A DNA stretch of 22,659 nt from an uncultured archaeon (GCA_965367995.1 CBDULE010000003.1:1-22659); one strand, 5' to 3'; positions 1 to 9,567 are shown, counted from the first letter of the stretch. The notes: generated from the letters alone by a model not told the origin. Translations and numbers: made by a program.

Positions 1-446
1 TAACTGTTGAATATTTTTTCTCTAACCATAGTTGAACTTGAAATCTCGCACTCGAATTTTGGAAGTCTCACTACCTTAATATTTAAATTATTCTTTTTCG
101 CCCACTCCTCGATATCACTCTCACTTATCTTTTGGTCATAGCCTAATGCTACAATATCTGGTTTAAGTTCTAGTAAAATATCAAAGAAAGATTTCTTCTT
201 ACCTATTTTATTTCCTAAGACAGCTTTATCAACAGGTTTTAAATTCGAAACTATTTCAAGTCTTTCTTTTTCACTGAAAATCGGCTCTCTTCCTTTAATT
301 TTTTTAACTGTTTCGTCCCTAGCGACAATTACAATTAGTTCACTATTTTCCGCCAATGTTTTTGCAGCCCAGAGAAATCTTATATGCCCTACGTGTATAA
401 TATCAAATGTTCCTCCAACTACGATCCTCACTTTATTCATATCCAT
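1..446 (-). CDS. ribL: FAD synthase / FMN adenylyltransferase RibL (cytidylyltransferase family); C-terminus at or just beyond the window edge
   Basis: Absent from the ORF track because it runs off the window. My minus-strand translation from ATG 446-444 gives MDMNKVRIVVGGTFDIIHVGHIRFLWAAKTLAENSELIVIVARDETVKKIKGREPIFSEKERLEIVSNLKPVDKAVLG...ECEISSSTMVREKIFNS. It has the HxGH nucleotidyltransferase motif, the IVIVARDETVKK block and a C-terminal ISSST motif. From memory these resemble Methanocaldococcus-type RibL. ATG 440-438 is an alternative start. Confidence 0.8.
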   Translation of the reverse strand, partial: MDMNKVRIVVGGTFDIIHVGHIRFLWAAKTLAENSELIVIVARDETVKKIKGREPIFSEKERLEIVSNLKPVDKAVLGNKIGKKKSFFDILLELKPDIVALGYDQKISESDIEEWAKKNNLNIKVVRLPKFECEISSSTMVREKIFNS

Positions 447-549
447 ACACGCAATCAGTTTTTTATTTTTGATAAAGAGAAAGCTAAAAGTATTTAACTC
501 CACATAATATACAAATGGTCTTTCAATTCGTTATTATTCGGTTAGAAGA

Positions 550-1284
550 ATGTTTGAATTTAAGGAAATTAAATGCCCACGATGTAAATCTTTGGTGCCT
601 CTCGGCTACATTATCTGTCCTTACTGTGGTTATGATCTAAGACCTATACTTAGAATGTATGCACGTCGAGAATTAACTTTCAAGGATATAATAAGGAGAG
701 TTAAGGACTCGATCCCTATTTACGGCGGCTCGTTAATTCCAACCGATCTATTTAACGAAATCATGATTGCTCCAGACGCTTTAGGCCCCACGATGATAAT
801 AGTCGCATTATCCTTTTTCATCTCACTTATCTATATGAGACTTCTTCTAGGAGTAGGAATTCTAGCAAGTGTAAACATAGGAGTATTATTCGTTCTTCTT
901 CTACCAATCACATTGATATTAAATTTGATCCTCTTCGCTATCTATGTTTCATTCATAAACTGGATTTTTAGATTAATTGGAGCAACAAATGCCGAATTCA
1001 CTACAACATTTAGCTTATTAGGATATTCATTATGGCCTTTGGTCGGAGCCTCTCTAATAGCTTTGTTCCTTATGATCGCGTATAATCCTAGCCTTCTATT
1101 AGAAGGGGTTGCTTACGCACTTTCTCACCCTTTAGTAAGCTTAGTAAGATATATCTTATTTGCGGGTATTATTGTCAGCTTGATTATCGCAAATGAGGGA
1201 ATTTCCAAAGCTTACTATCTGAATAAGTTTGTTTCACTATTAATTATGCTTACACCCATTGCGATACTGTTTTTAGCGATATGA
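550..1284 (+). CDS. Membrane protein with an N-terminal zinc ribbon and a polytopic (possibly Yip1-like) transmembrane domain
   Basis: The N-terminus has CPRC-x10-CPYC (four-Cys zinc ribbon). About five long hydrophobic segments follow. The stop lies 11 nt before the AsnRS start, so co-transcription is likely. Assignment to a specific family is a guess. Confidence 0.6.
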   Translation: MFEFKEIKCPRCKSLVPLGYIICPYCGYDLRPILRMYARRELTFKDIIRRVKDSIPIYGGSLIPTDLFNEIMIAPDALGPTMIIVALSFFISLIYMRLLLGVGILASVNIGVLFVLLLPITLILNLILFAIYVSFINWIFRLIGATNAEFTTTFSLLGYSLWPLVGASLIALFLMIAYNPSLLLEGVAYALSHPLVSLVRYILFAGIIVSLIIANEGISKAYYLNKFVSLLIMLTPIAILFLAI

Positions 1285-1295
1285 GGTGACTCAAA

Positions 1296-2567
1296 ATGTT
1301 GTATAAAGGATGGGTTTTAAAGAAAAGAAGGCATGCAAATATCGTATTTATCGACTTAAGAACAGTCGATGAGCCTTGGAAAATATTGCAAGTTGTGGTT
1401 AAAAGGAATAATGTTGATGATGAGTCTTGGAGGAATGCTAAAGAAATAACACAAGAATCATCTATTATTGTTGAAGGCGATCTTGTTAAAAATCCACGCT
1501 CTCCTGGAGGTATTGAACTTCAGGCTAAGAAGATAATTGTTACTCATATAGCAGAATCTCCTTACCCTCTTGGGAAAAAGGAACACTCACCAGAGGTTCT
1601 TATGAAATATAGACATCTTGCTGTCAGAGCTCCGAGATATGTTAAGATATGGATTGTAAGAGAGAAAGTATTATCGCTTCTTAGAGAATACTTTGAGAAA
1701 AACGGTTGGCATGAAGTATCGCCTCCGATTCTTGTAGCAACTGCTGTAGAGGGAGGGGCAACATTATTCCCAGTAAAATATTTTGATGATTCCATAGTTT
1801 ATCTATCCCAATCAGCTCAGCTTTACCTAGAAGTGATGATTTTCGCTCTTGGAAAGGTATGGAGTCTAACTCCCTCATTCAGAGCTGAAAAATCTAGGAC
1901 GAAAAGACATTTAGCAGAATATTGGCATCTTGAGGCTGAAGCTGCATGGTTTCACCTTGAGGATATACTTAGAACGCAAGAAGAAATGGTTTATTATACA
2001 ATTAAGAAACTGTTAGAGGATGATGTAGCTTATTCAATAATTAAAGAGTTTAGGGGGGAAAGTTTAGATGTTCTTGAAAGTATAAAGCCTAGGTTTAAGA
2101 GGGTAAGATATGATGAGGCAATAAACATACTTCAAGCAAAAGGCATTAACATAAGATGGGGGGACGATATTGGAGGAGATGAAGAAAAAGCATTATCTCT
2201 CGAGATAGGAGAGTTATTCTTCTTAACACACTTCCCTGCAAAAATAAAGCCATTCTATGTAAAGCTTGATGAGAAGAATAAGGAAGTTAGTCTTTCAGCA
2301 GATCTCTTAGCACCAGAGGGCTATGGAGAAATTACAGGAGGAAGTGAAAGGGAGGATGATGTAGATATACTTATCGAGAGAATTAAAAGTGAAGGGTTTG
2401 ATCCTGAAAATTATTTCTGGTATCTAGACTTAAGAAGATATGGTAGCGTTCCCCATAGCGGCTTTGGTCTTGGTGTAGAAAGATTTATATGGTGGATCTT
2501 AAAACTAGATCACATTCGCGATACACTACCATTCCCAAGATTAGCAAGGGTTAAAAAATTCATCTAA
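1296..2567 (+). CDS. asnS: Asparaginyl-tRNA synthetase (class IIb)
   Basis: Motif 2 is FRAEKSRTKRHLAEYWHLEAEAAW. The motif 3 region is YGEITGGSERE ... WYLDLRRYGSVPHSGFGLGVERFIWWI. The YLDLRRYGSVPHSGFGLG block is typical of AsnRS rather than archaeal AspRS. A GAGGTGA SD lies 6 nt upstream of the ATG. Confidence 0.85.
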   Translation: MLYKGWVLKKRRHANIVFIDLRTVDEPWKILQVVVKRNNVDDESWRNAKEITQESSIIVEGDLVKNPRSPGGIELQAKKIIVTHIAESPYPLGKKEHSPEVLMKYRHLAVRAPRYVKIWIVREKVLSLLREYFEKNGWHEVSPPILVATAVEGGATLFPVKYFDDSIVYLSQSAQLYLEVMIFALGKVWSLTPSFRAEKSRTKRHLAEYWHLEAEAAWFHLEDILRTQEEMVYYTIKKLLEDDVAYSIIKEFRGESLDVLESIKPRFKRVRYDEAINILQAKGINIRWGDDIGGDEEKALSLEIGELFFLTHFPAKIKPFYVKLDEKNKEVSLSADLLAPEGYGEITGGSEREDDVDILIERIKSEGFDPENYFWYLDLRRYGSVPHSGFGLGVERFIWWILKLDHIRDTLPFPRLARVKKFI

Positions 2568-2593
2568 ACCTTTTTATTAAATACTTTGGGCTT

Positions 2594-2651
2594 CTCGATG
2601 ATGAATTCAGCCTTATGCGATTTTGATGAGCGACGATGGGCAGTCTGAGAG
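2594..2651 (+). ncRNA. Candidate C/D box sRNA (2'-O-methylation guide)
   Basis: C box AUGAUGA is at 2598-2604, followed by a 12-nt spacer. A degenerate D' (GCGA) is at 2617-2620. C' UGAUGA is at 2624-2629, followed by a 15-nt spacer. D box CUGA is at 2645-2648. A 3-bp terminal stem pairs CUC (2594-2596) with GAG (2649-2651). The element sits in a locally GC-richer intergenic gap between the convergent asnS and tfb genes. The D' box and the 15-nt second spacer are non-canonical. Confidence 0.45.
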
Positions 2652-2653
2652 TT

Positions 2654-3535
2654 CTAAATTGTTTTGAGGAATGCTTCTATTTCTTTTCCTTTGTTTTTCA
2701 AAGTCGTCTTAGTTATTGAAGCTAACTCAGCTATTACATTAGGAGACCTATTTTCACCTAACGCTTTAGCTGATACATATATTATAGCTGCTGCCAAGCT
2801 TGATGGATCAACACCTATGAAGTTCTTTCTATCCTTCAGTTTTTTATAGACATCCAAAGCAAAAATAAGACATTTTCCAGATAGTTTAAGTTCTCTAGCC
2901 ATGTATGTGATTAATCTCTCTACATCCTCCCTTCTTACATTATATTTCGTACCTAATATTTTCTTCACTACATTGAGAGCTTTACCAAACTCTCTTTTTG
3001 CTTTTAAGAATTCTTTTTCTGGATAAACAGCTTTCACATATGAATCTAAAGGTCTAGGGTTTCCAGTGATTCTCAATGCCATGAAAAGGATTGCTGCTGT
3101 CACATTTCTCAAATTTTTTACTTTTCCCTTTTTCTTTAAAACGAATTCCTTAATTAGCCTTCTTGCTTCCTTTTTAGCACTTTCAGGAGCGTTTATTCTA
3201 ATGAATATATCATCAAGATAGTTCAACATGCTTTTCATTGTCCTTTCTCTAGCTGATATCGGAATAACATATTTCTCATTTTTATTCGCTACCTTAAGTC
3301 TTATTCTTGGCAAATCAGCATCAAAATCTTCTCTAGGTGGAGGAGCTCTAGCTTTTAATCTAAATTCTTGAGCGTCAAAAAATCTTGTTTCAAATTCTAA
3401 AGAAATTGCTGCTTCATCTAAGACATAACCACAGTCTCCGCATACTAAATTACCATCTACTTCGATAATGTTATCAGATCCACAAATTGGACATATCTTT
3501 TCGTATTGATTGCTCATTAATTCATGCCTCCTCAT
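2654..3535 (-). CDS. tfb: Transcription initiation factor IIB (TFB)
   Basis: N-terminal zinc ribbon CPICGSDNIIEVDGNLVCGDCGYVLDE. Two cyclin-like repeats follow (TAAILFMALRITGNPRPL and SLAAAIIYVSAKALGENRSP ... TKTTLKNKGKEI). The true start is probably the ATG at 3517 (MSNQYEK), which has a GGAGG SD 9 nt upstream. Confidence 0.85.
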   Translation of the reverse strand: MRRHELMSNQYEKICPICGSDNIIEVDGNLVCGDCGYVLDEAAISLEFETRFFDAQEFRLKARAPPPREDFDADLPRIRLKVANKNEKYVIPISARERTMKSMLNYLDDIFIRINAPESAKKEARRLIKEFVLKKKGKVKNLRNVTAAILFMALRITGNPRPLDSYVKAVYPEKEFLKAKREFGKALNVVKKILGTKYNVRREDVERLITYMARELKLSGKCLIFALDVYKKLKDRKNFIGVDPSSLAAAIIYVSAKALGENRSPNVIAELASITKTTLKNKGKEIEAFLKTI

Positions 3536-3654
3536 AAAATGAAATAATAATGTAAGCTTTGATATGCAAAACTTGAAGACTCAGATTTAACATACTGTGA
3601 TATGTAAAAAATCAATGTGAAATACAATTATATTACGTCTGTCATTCAATTAAG

Positions 3655-4728
3655 GTGCTCCTTATGAAGATTTGTTGGGAGTTAAAGGGCCTTAATTTGA
3701 GTAAAACTGGATTAGAATCAATATTCTGGAACAACTCCAAACTCCTCATCGTAGACAATGGAGAGGGCCTATTATACCTCATAGATCATAAATCTGGTAA
3801 AATTGAAAGCTCAATTGGAGTAAAAGAGAGAATAAATGATATCACCGTGGGGGACATCAACGGGGATTCTACTAATGAAATTTTAGTTATTAGAGAGGAT
3901 GGTTCTCTATTAGCAATAACGCATGAGGAGATTATAATTCCTATCAAAGCACCTTCAGCATTAGTTAAAGCAATTACTGCTGATATAGATGATGACTCTA
4001 TGGATGAAATTCTTGCATTTGATTCTACTGGAACTCTAAATGTGTTTAAGCTTGATAGGATTATTCATAGGATCTCATTAACGCCTCCTATAATGTTTTA
4101 TAGCATAACTGATTTTAATAATGATAAGCGTAATGAGTTTCTTGTATTATATGGACATGATTCTTACGATTTGTATTCTCTTGAAAGTTTAGATTTGATA
4201 AAACACCAAAATATATTTCTAGGAGGCTTTAAAAGGGCTAGAGTAGCTGATTTTGACTCCGATAGCATACCTGAAGTGTTAATTCTTAGGAATAAATCGC
4301 TTATTTCATTAAAACCTCTCTCTGGACAAATTGAGGAGCTATTTGAGCTTTTTTATGACAGGATATCTGATTTCGAAATTTTCGATGTGGATAATAATAG
4401 TAAGCCAGAAATAATAGTCTTAGGTGAGAAAGAAAAGAAAAATTACGTGAGTATTTTATCAATTTTCGGTGAAATACTTGTGGAAGAAGTCGTTGATAAA
4501 ACGCTTACTCGCATTTATCCAGCTGACATAAATGGTGATGGAAAGCTTGAATGTATTATAACAAGCGTTTACGGTAAGATTGTTCTCTTTGATGAGGCAG
4601 GAATCGTTGAGCAGATCGATCTAGAGAAGGATATCCTTAGTACATACATTAATGACCTTGATGAGGATGGCGTTGATGAAATTTACATAAGGACGAAGCA
4701 CAGTGTATTATGTTTAAAACGATTTTAA
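3655..4728 (+). CDS. Seven-repeat FG-GAP/VCBS-like beta-propeller protein with DxDxD calcium-loop-like motifs and no signal peptide
   Basis: Seven motifs spaced about 45 aa apart: DINGDSTNEILV, DIDDDSMDEILA, DFNNDKRNEFLV, DFDSDSIPEVLI, DVDNNSKPEIIV, DINGDGKLECII, DLDEDGVDEIYI. The N-terminus is not hydrophobic. The likely start is ATG 3664, with an AAGGTG SD 6 nt upstream, rather than GTG 3655. Confidence 0.7.
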   Translation: MLLMKICWELKGLNLSKTGLESIFWNNSKLLIVDNGEGLLYLIDHKSGKIESSIGVKERINDITVGDINGDSTNEILVIREDGSLLAITHEEIIIPIKAPSALVKAITADIDDDSMDEILAFDSTGTLNVFKLDRIIHRISLTPPIMFYSITDFNNDKRNEFLVLYGHDSYDLYSLESLDLIKHQNIFLGGFKRARVADFDSDSIPEVLILRNKSLISLKPLSGQIEELFELFYDRISDFEIFDVDNNSKPEIIVLGEKEKKNYVSILSIFGEILVEEVVDKTLTRIYPADINGDGKLECIITSVYGKIVLFDEAGIVEQIDLEKDILSTYINDLDEDGVDEIYIRTKHSVLCLKRF

Positions 4729-4771
4729 TATGCAATAATCAATACTTTCTTTTTTATGATGGAAGATAGTT

Positions 4772-6694
4772 ATGGTGTCTCATTTGGCACAGAAAGTTAC
4801 GTTTAGAGTTCCCTGGACTGAAATTTTTAGACCAAAAAACTTTGATGAAGTAATTCTTACAAAAAGACAGAGAACGCAAATACTGAATTGGTGGAGGGCA
4901 TGGATTATCCTCTGGAATATGACTAATTACTGGAATGAGCATTATAGAACTGCTTGGTTTGAATATCTGAGAAGTAGAGAGGGGAAAGAATTTGCTCAAA
5001 AGCATCTTTCTGCCTGGAGAGAATATTTCAAGCGGGAATTCGCTAAATGGGTAGGAGAAGGTTCATCCTCAATACCTCACTCATTCTACTTACTATTTAA
5101 GAAAAAATCACCAAAATCACAAGAATTAACGACTGATTTAAAGCCAACAGCTATAAATGAAATTAAAAAATGGCTTGAGAAAACCTGGTCTTCATTCTTA
5201 TCAAGTAGAGGAATTGATTCTGTTCCTCATGCTATCCCCCCGATACCTCCATATAAACCAATTCTTCTAGTTGGTCCTCCTGGAACCGGAAAAACATCAT
5301 CAGTTTATGCATTAGCACATCAAGAAGGGATAATTGTTGTAGAGTTCAATGCCAGTGATAAAAGAAGCGGGAGCGTAATTAGAGAGGTTGTAAGAGAAGC
5401 TTTAAGAAGCTCTGGATTTCTAACCGATAAACAGGATAAGCCACCAAGAATAATCTTACTTGACGAGGTAGATGGCTTATCCGGTAGAGAGGATAGGGGA
5501 GGATTATCAGCATTGATAAGAGTTCTTGATGAAATAAAACTACCAATGGCATTTACAGCCAATGTAATGCACGATAGAAAAGTGAGAACTTTAATGAGAT
5601 ATTCAATAACAGTATTCTTTGATAGACCTTATGATTATCAAATTGTGCAGCTTGTTAAGAGAATAGCAAGCAAGATGAAAATGGAAATCCCCCCCGAGAT
5701 TTTAAATAGGCTTAAGTACGCTCCTGATTTTAGAACGGTGGTAGAAGCTCTTGAGACATACTATTATTCAGGTATTCTTCCATCACTTTATCATGAAGAG
5801 CAGTATAACATTCAGGATGCGATCAGATTAGCATTTGGCATGAAGTCAGATACAATTGAAAAAACAGTATTTCGAGTAAATAAGTATCTCACATCAGTTC
5901 CCGATATTGATGTTTGGGATATCATCCTCTGGGTATGGGAGAATGCTTACAACTTTTTGGACCATACAAAAGGAATTTTTAACTTCTATAGAATGTTAGC
6001 GGAAGCTGATTTCTTATATAAAATTGGAGCCAGAACTTTAAACTGGAGAATCGCATATAGAGACGCTATGACGATTTTGTCTTGGGCAATAGCAATTTAT
6101 GGTAAGCCGGTAAATAACATTTGGGCTCTAAGAAGAATAAAAGTAAATAAGCCGACTATTGTCGAAAAACTAGGTCAATTGAAGAGGTTAATGGAAGGAT
6201 TAATTGAGGAGAGTGAAGAGGAAGAAGAAATATCCTCAATGACTGAAACAGAGGTAAAAAGATTAGGGCTTAGACCTCTTCTAGAAGCTTATTCAAGATA
6301 TGTTCATATATCCAGAAAGAGAGCTATGAGGGACCTTAAGTTTTTATTGTATCTCGCGAAACAAAATCCAGAAAAAGCAGGAGTTCTCTTCGCAAGATTA
6401 TATGTTCCAAAAGAAACAATTAGAATTTTCTTGAGGCATTACATATCAAGAAAGGATCAGAGAGAGAAAATAGAAAAAGAACTCTTTCAGGCCTACGAAA
6501 ATACAATTAGTAAAATCGGTCCTAGAGCAGTAAAATCAGCGATAGTAGAAGCAATTCAAAAAGCTAAGGTTGAAGAAAAAGCTCCTGAGGTAAAGGAAGA
6601 AGAAATCCCAAAAGAAAAACCCAAAAAAGCACGGAAGAAAAAGGCTAAAAAGAAAGAGGAGAAACCTGGTGTTACTCTTGATAAATTCTTTTAG
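4772..6694 (+). CDS. rfcL: Replication factor C large subunit (clamp loader), atypically long
   Basis: N-terminal RFC box PWTEIFRPKNFDEV. Walker A LLVGPPGTGKT begins only at about aa 168. Walker B is IILLDEVDGL. The C-terminus has an acidic run (EESEEEEE), a Lys-rich tail and a terminal PIP-like GVTLDKFF. At 640 aa it is much longer than the archaeal RFC-L proteins I recall. Confidence 0.8.
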   Translation: MVSHLAQKVTFRVPWTEIFRPKNFDEVILTKRQRTQILNWWRAWIILWNMTNYWNEHYRTAWFEYLRSREGKEFAQKHLSAWREYFKREFAKWVGEGSSSIPHSFYLLFKKKSPKSQELTTDLKPTAINEIKKWLEKTWSSFLSSRGIDSVPHAIPPIPPYKPILLVGPPGTGKTSSVYALAHQEGIIVVEFNASDKRSGSVIREVVREALRSSGFLTDKQDKPPRIILLDEVDGLSGREDRGGLSALIRVLDEIKLPMAFTANVMHDRKVRTLMRYSITVFFDRPYDYQIVQLVKRIASKMKMEIPPEILNRLKYAPDFRTVVEALETYYYSGILPSLYHEEQYNIQDAIRLAFGMKSDTIEKTVFRVNKYLTSVPDIDVWDIILWVWENAYNFLDHTKGIFNFYRMLAEADFLYKIGARTLNWRIAYRDAMTILSWAIAIYGKPVNNIWALRRIKVNKPTIVEKLGQLKRLMEGLIEESEEEEEISSMTETEVKRLGLRPLLEAYSRYVHISRKRAMRDLKFLLYLAKQNPEKAGVLFARLYVPKETIRIFLRHYISRKDQREKIEKELFQAYENTISKIGPRAVKSAIVEAIQKAKVEEKAPEVKEEEIPKEKPKKARKKKAKKKEEKPGVTLDKFF

Positions 6695-6695
6695 G

Positions 6696-7766
6696 CTAAG
6701 TACTACCGAATTTCTTCTTCCTTTTTTCAAATGTGTAGCCTAGCTTCTCTTCAAGAACTCTTCTAGCTAATTCCTTTATCTTAGCTCTTTCTGGATTCTT
6801 AGGATAAGTATTCTTTTCTATTATGTCTAAGGCCCTCGGAATCTCATGCTTGTTTATTATTTCTACTGGAACTGTTGTTAATAGCCTATCGAAAATGTCA
6901 AGAACTTTTATAACTAGTCTTTCATTCTTCTCTTTCATCATTACTTCCCATGTCACAACTCCCAGCAATTCATCTGTAGCTCTTGGATCCTTCTTCAAAA
7001 CCTCCTCGAATGCATCAACAGCAGCGTCCCTTACTGCTAGTTTTTCATCTCTTAAAGCCTTCTTAATTATTGTTAACACATCACTTGATAATGATAATTT
7101 ATTGGATTCTAGGAGCTTCTTCAATAGCAGTACAGCACTTCTTCTCACATCAACAGACTCATGCCTTCTATATGTAGCGATAACTCCTAATAATCTGGAG
7201 ACATGCTCACTTGAAATCTCTTGAGCATAGGAAGAAAAGAAATCTAGAATATGAGATATAACGTTTGGCGCTGTCTCTTTATCTAAAGTATCCATTAAAG
7301 TGGATAATGCCGTTTCTCTAGTTACTTTGCTGTATTCTCCCACTTTCTTGAGAAATCTTATAACGGCCTCTCTAACATTGCTTTTTTCGTGTTCAAGCAA
7401 TTTAAGAAAATCTTCAATTTTCTTCCTAGTGATTCTTTTCCGGGATTTAAAATATAATTTAGCTAAGTTATCTATAGTCGCCATTAAAACATTAGGATTC
7501 TCTTCCTCAAGCTTTTCCTCCAAAGTCGCTATAACTTCTTTAATTTTGTTTTCGTCTCTAAGCGCGATCTCTGTTAATGTTTTTATAGCTGCTACTCTAA
7601 CGCTCCAATTTTCATCTTCAAGTAGTTTCTTCGCTGACTCATATAATTTCTCTAAATCATATTCTCCATGGATCATTTCTTTAGTCAACTTTTGTAATGC
7701 TTTTCTTCTTCTTCCCGGTATTGGAGAGGAAACCCATTTCTCTAACTGTTCTACTCTCATTACCAT
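6696..7766 (-). CDS. HEAT-repeat (PBS-lyase-like) protein
   Basis: Repeated helical units carry the xxxxVRxAAxxxL signature (WSVRVAAIKTL, SNVREAVIRFL, VDVRRSAVLLL, LAVRDAAVDAF). The probable start is ATG 7760 (third codon), with a GGTGA SD 6 nt upstream. Confidence 0.7.
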   Translation of the reverse strand: MVMRVEQLEKWVSSPIPGRRRKALQKLTKEMIHGEYDLEKLYESAKKLLEDENWSVRVAAIKTLTEIALRDENKIKEVIATLEEKLEEENPNVLMATIDNLAKLYFKSRKRITRKKIEDFLKLLEHEKSNVREAVIRFLKKVGEYSKVTRETALSTLMDTLDKETAPNVISHILDFFSSYAQEISSEHVSRLLGVIATYRRHESVDVRRSAVLLLKKLLESNKLSLSSDVLTIIKKALRDEKLAVRDAAVDAFEEVLKKDPRATDELLGVVTWEVMMKEKNERLVIKVLDIFDRLLTTVPVEIINKHEIPRALDIIEKNTYPKNPERAKIKELARRVLEEKLGYTFEKRKKKFGST

Positions 7767-7869
7767 TCACCATTGTATCCGCTATTCATCCTTCAATCGA
7801 AGAGTTAAAATTAAAAATACTTACCCTTATATTTTAAGAGACGACGTCGATATAAAGACTCCTTGTGGG

Positions 7870-9567
7870 GTGAATGAATTCAAAAATGTAAATTCGAATA
7901 AAAATATTGTTGTAACCTCCGCTCTCCCATATGCTAATTCTGAGCCTCATATTGGTCATTTGAGAAGCACATATCTTCCTGCTGATATCATGGCTAGGTA
8001 TCTCAAAGCAAAGGGTTATAAAGCATATCATGTCAGTGGAACTGATGAGCACGGCACTCCAATATTAGCTAGGGCGTTAAGAGAAAAACGAAATCCTAGA
8101 GAAATAGTTGATTACTATCATGAGGTTATTAAAAGGGCTTTTGAGAGAGCGGGTGTTCACTTTGACATATTCTCTAGAACCACCAAGCCTCATCATTATG
8201 AACTTACTCTAAAGTTTTTCGAAAAAGCAAAGAAAGCAGGATATATCTACAAAAAGGAGATAAAAATACTTTATTGTGAGCATGATAAATTGGCATTACC
8301 AGATCGCCTTGTAATAGGCACTTGTCCGTACTGTGGTGCTCCTAATCAATATGGCGACTATTGCGAAGTATGCGGAAGAACATATACACCATTACAGCTT
8401 AAGAATCCGAGATGTGCGATTTGCGGTAATCCTCCAGTTATAAAAACAAGTACGCATTATTTCTTCGCTCTTAGTGAATTCTCTGACCGCTTAGAGAGGT
8501 GGATTAAGGAAAAAGTAAAGCTAACAAAGGGAGTAAAGGAACAGGTTTTACATTGGATAAAAAGCGGATTACAGGATTGGGACATAACTAGAAACATTCC
8601 TTGGGGCGTTCCAGTTCCTGACCTACCTGATCAAGTCTTCTATGTATGGTGGGACGCTCCTATAGGCTATATCTCATTCACAAAAGAACTATTCGATTCT
8701 ATAGGGGAGGATTGGGAGGCAGTTTGGGTTAGAGGTGAAGGTTACATTATACATTTCATAGGTAAAGACATAATTTATCATCACGTACTATTTTGGCCAG
8801 CGATGTTAATGGCCGTAGATTTCGCATTGCCGAATGAAATTAGAGTCAGAGGTTTTGCTACATTAGAGAAGGAAAAAATGAGTAAAAGTAGGGGCCATTA
8901 CATAGGTCTTGAGGAGTTCCTAGACATATGGCCTGCAGATTATCTTAGATTTTATTGGGCTATAACTACATCTGAAAGCTTAACAGACGGTGATTTCTCG
9001 CTATACGAATATTCTGAGAGGATAAATAAAAGCTTGATTGGAGAATTCGGAAACCTAGTTCATAGAGTTCTAACATTGATTAAGAGAGGAAATATCACTG
9101 ATGGGGATATTATCAAGAGTTATATTGAAAACGCTGAGAAACTATTCGTTGAATACGATGAGCTTATGATTTCAAACCAATTCGACCAGGGACTAGAAAA
9201 AAGTCTTGAGATTTCTAGATTAGGAAATAAGTTATTGAGCGAGAAAGAGCCTTGGAGGAAGTTAGAGAGTAAGGAGGCTGCTGATACTCTAATCACTGCA
9301 CTAGGCATCTCAGCTATTGCCGCTGTAAGCTTAGAACCATATATCCCATATTCAATAGAGAAATTCAAAGAATATGTCGGACTTAAAGTAAGCTCCACCG
9401 AATTCAGAAAAACCATAGAAAAAATATTTGAAGATGGTACTGATGTTCTTATAAGCATGGCTAAGAATGTTATTAGCCAAAAAGAAATTAGGCCAATATT
9501 CGCTAAAGTGACAAATAAGCAAATAGAAAGTGTTAGAAAAACACTAAAGGCTAGAAGAAGGAAATAA
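7870..9567 (+). CDS. metG: Methionyl-tRNA synthetase
   Basis: HIGH-region sequence TSALPYANSEPHIGH. Zinc knuckles CPYCGAPNQYGDYCEVCG and CAICGN. KMSKS loop EKEKMSKSRG. The track ORF begins at 7300, but 7300-7766 is antisense to the HEAT gene. The only plausible in-frame start before the conserved core is GTG 7870. It has no clear SD, and TATA-like elements lie at 7826-7835 and 7848-7856. Confidence 0.85.
   Translation: MNEFKNVNSNKNIVVTSALPYANSEPHIGHLRSTYLPADIMARYLKAKGYKAYHVSGTDEHGTPILARALREKRNPREIVDYYHEVIKRAFERAGVHFDIFSRTTKPHHYELTLKFFEKAKKAGYIYKKEIKILYCEHDKLALPDRLVIGTCPYCGAPNQYGDYCEVCGRTYTPLQLKNPRCAICGNPPVIKTSTHYFFALSEFSDRLERWIKEKVKLTKGVKEQVLHWIKSGLQDWDITRNIPWGVPVPDLPDQVFYVWWDAPIGYISFTKELFDSIGEDWEAVWVRGEGYIIHFIGKDIIYHHVLFWPAMLMAVDFALPNEIRVRGFATLEKEKMSKSRGHYIGLEEFLDIWPADYLRFYWAITTSESLTDGDFSLYEYSERINKSLIGEFGNLVHRVLTLIKRGNITDGDIIKSYIENAEKLFVEYDELMISNQFDQGLEKSLEISRLGNKLLSEKEPWRKLESKEAADTLITALGISAIAAVSLEPYIPYSIEKFKEYVGLKVSSTEFRKTIEKIFEDGTDVLISMAKNVISQKEIRPIFAKVTNKQIESVRKTLKARRRK

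Noticed and set aside
7300-7869. The 5' 190 codons of the 755-aa track ORF that ends as MetRS
   Set aside because: This part is low-complexity (S/L/F-rich) and lies antisense to the well-supported HEAT-repeat gene (6696-7766). MetRS homology begins only at NIVVTSALPYAN. The CDS was trimmed to the GTG at 7870.
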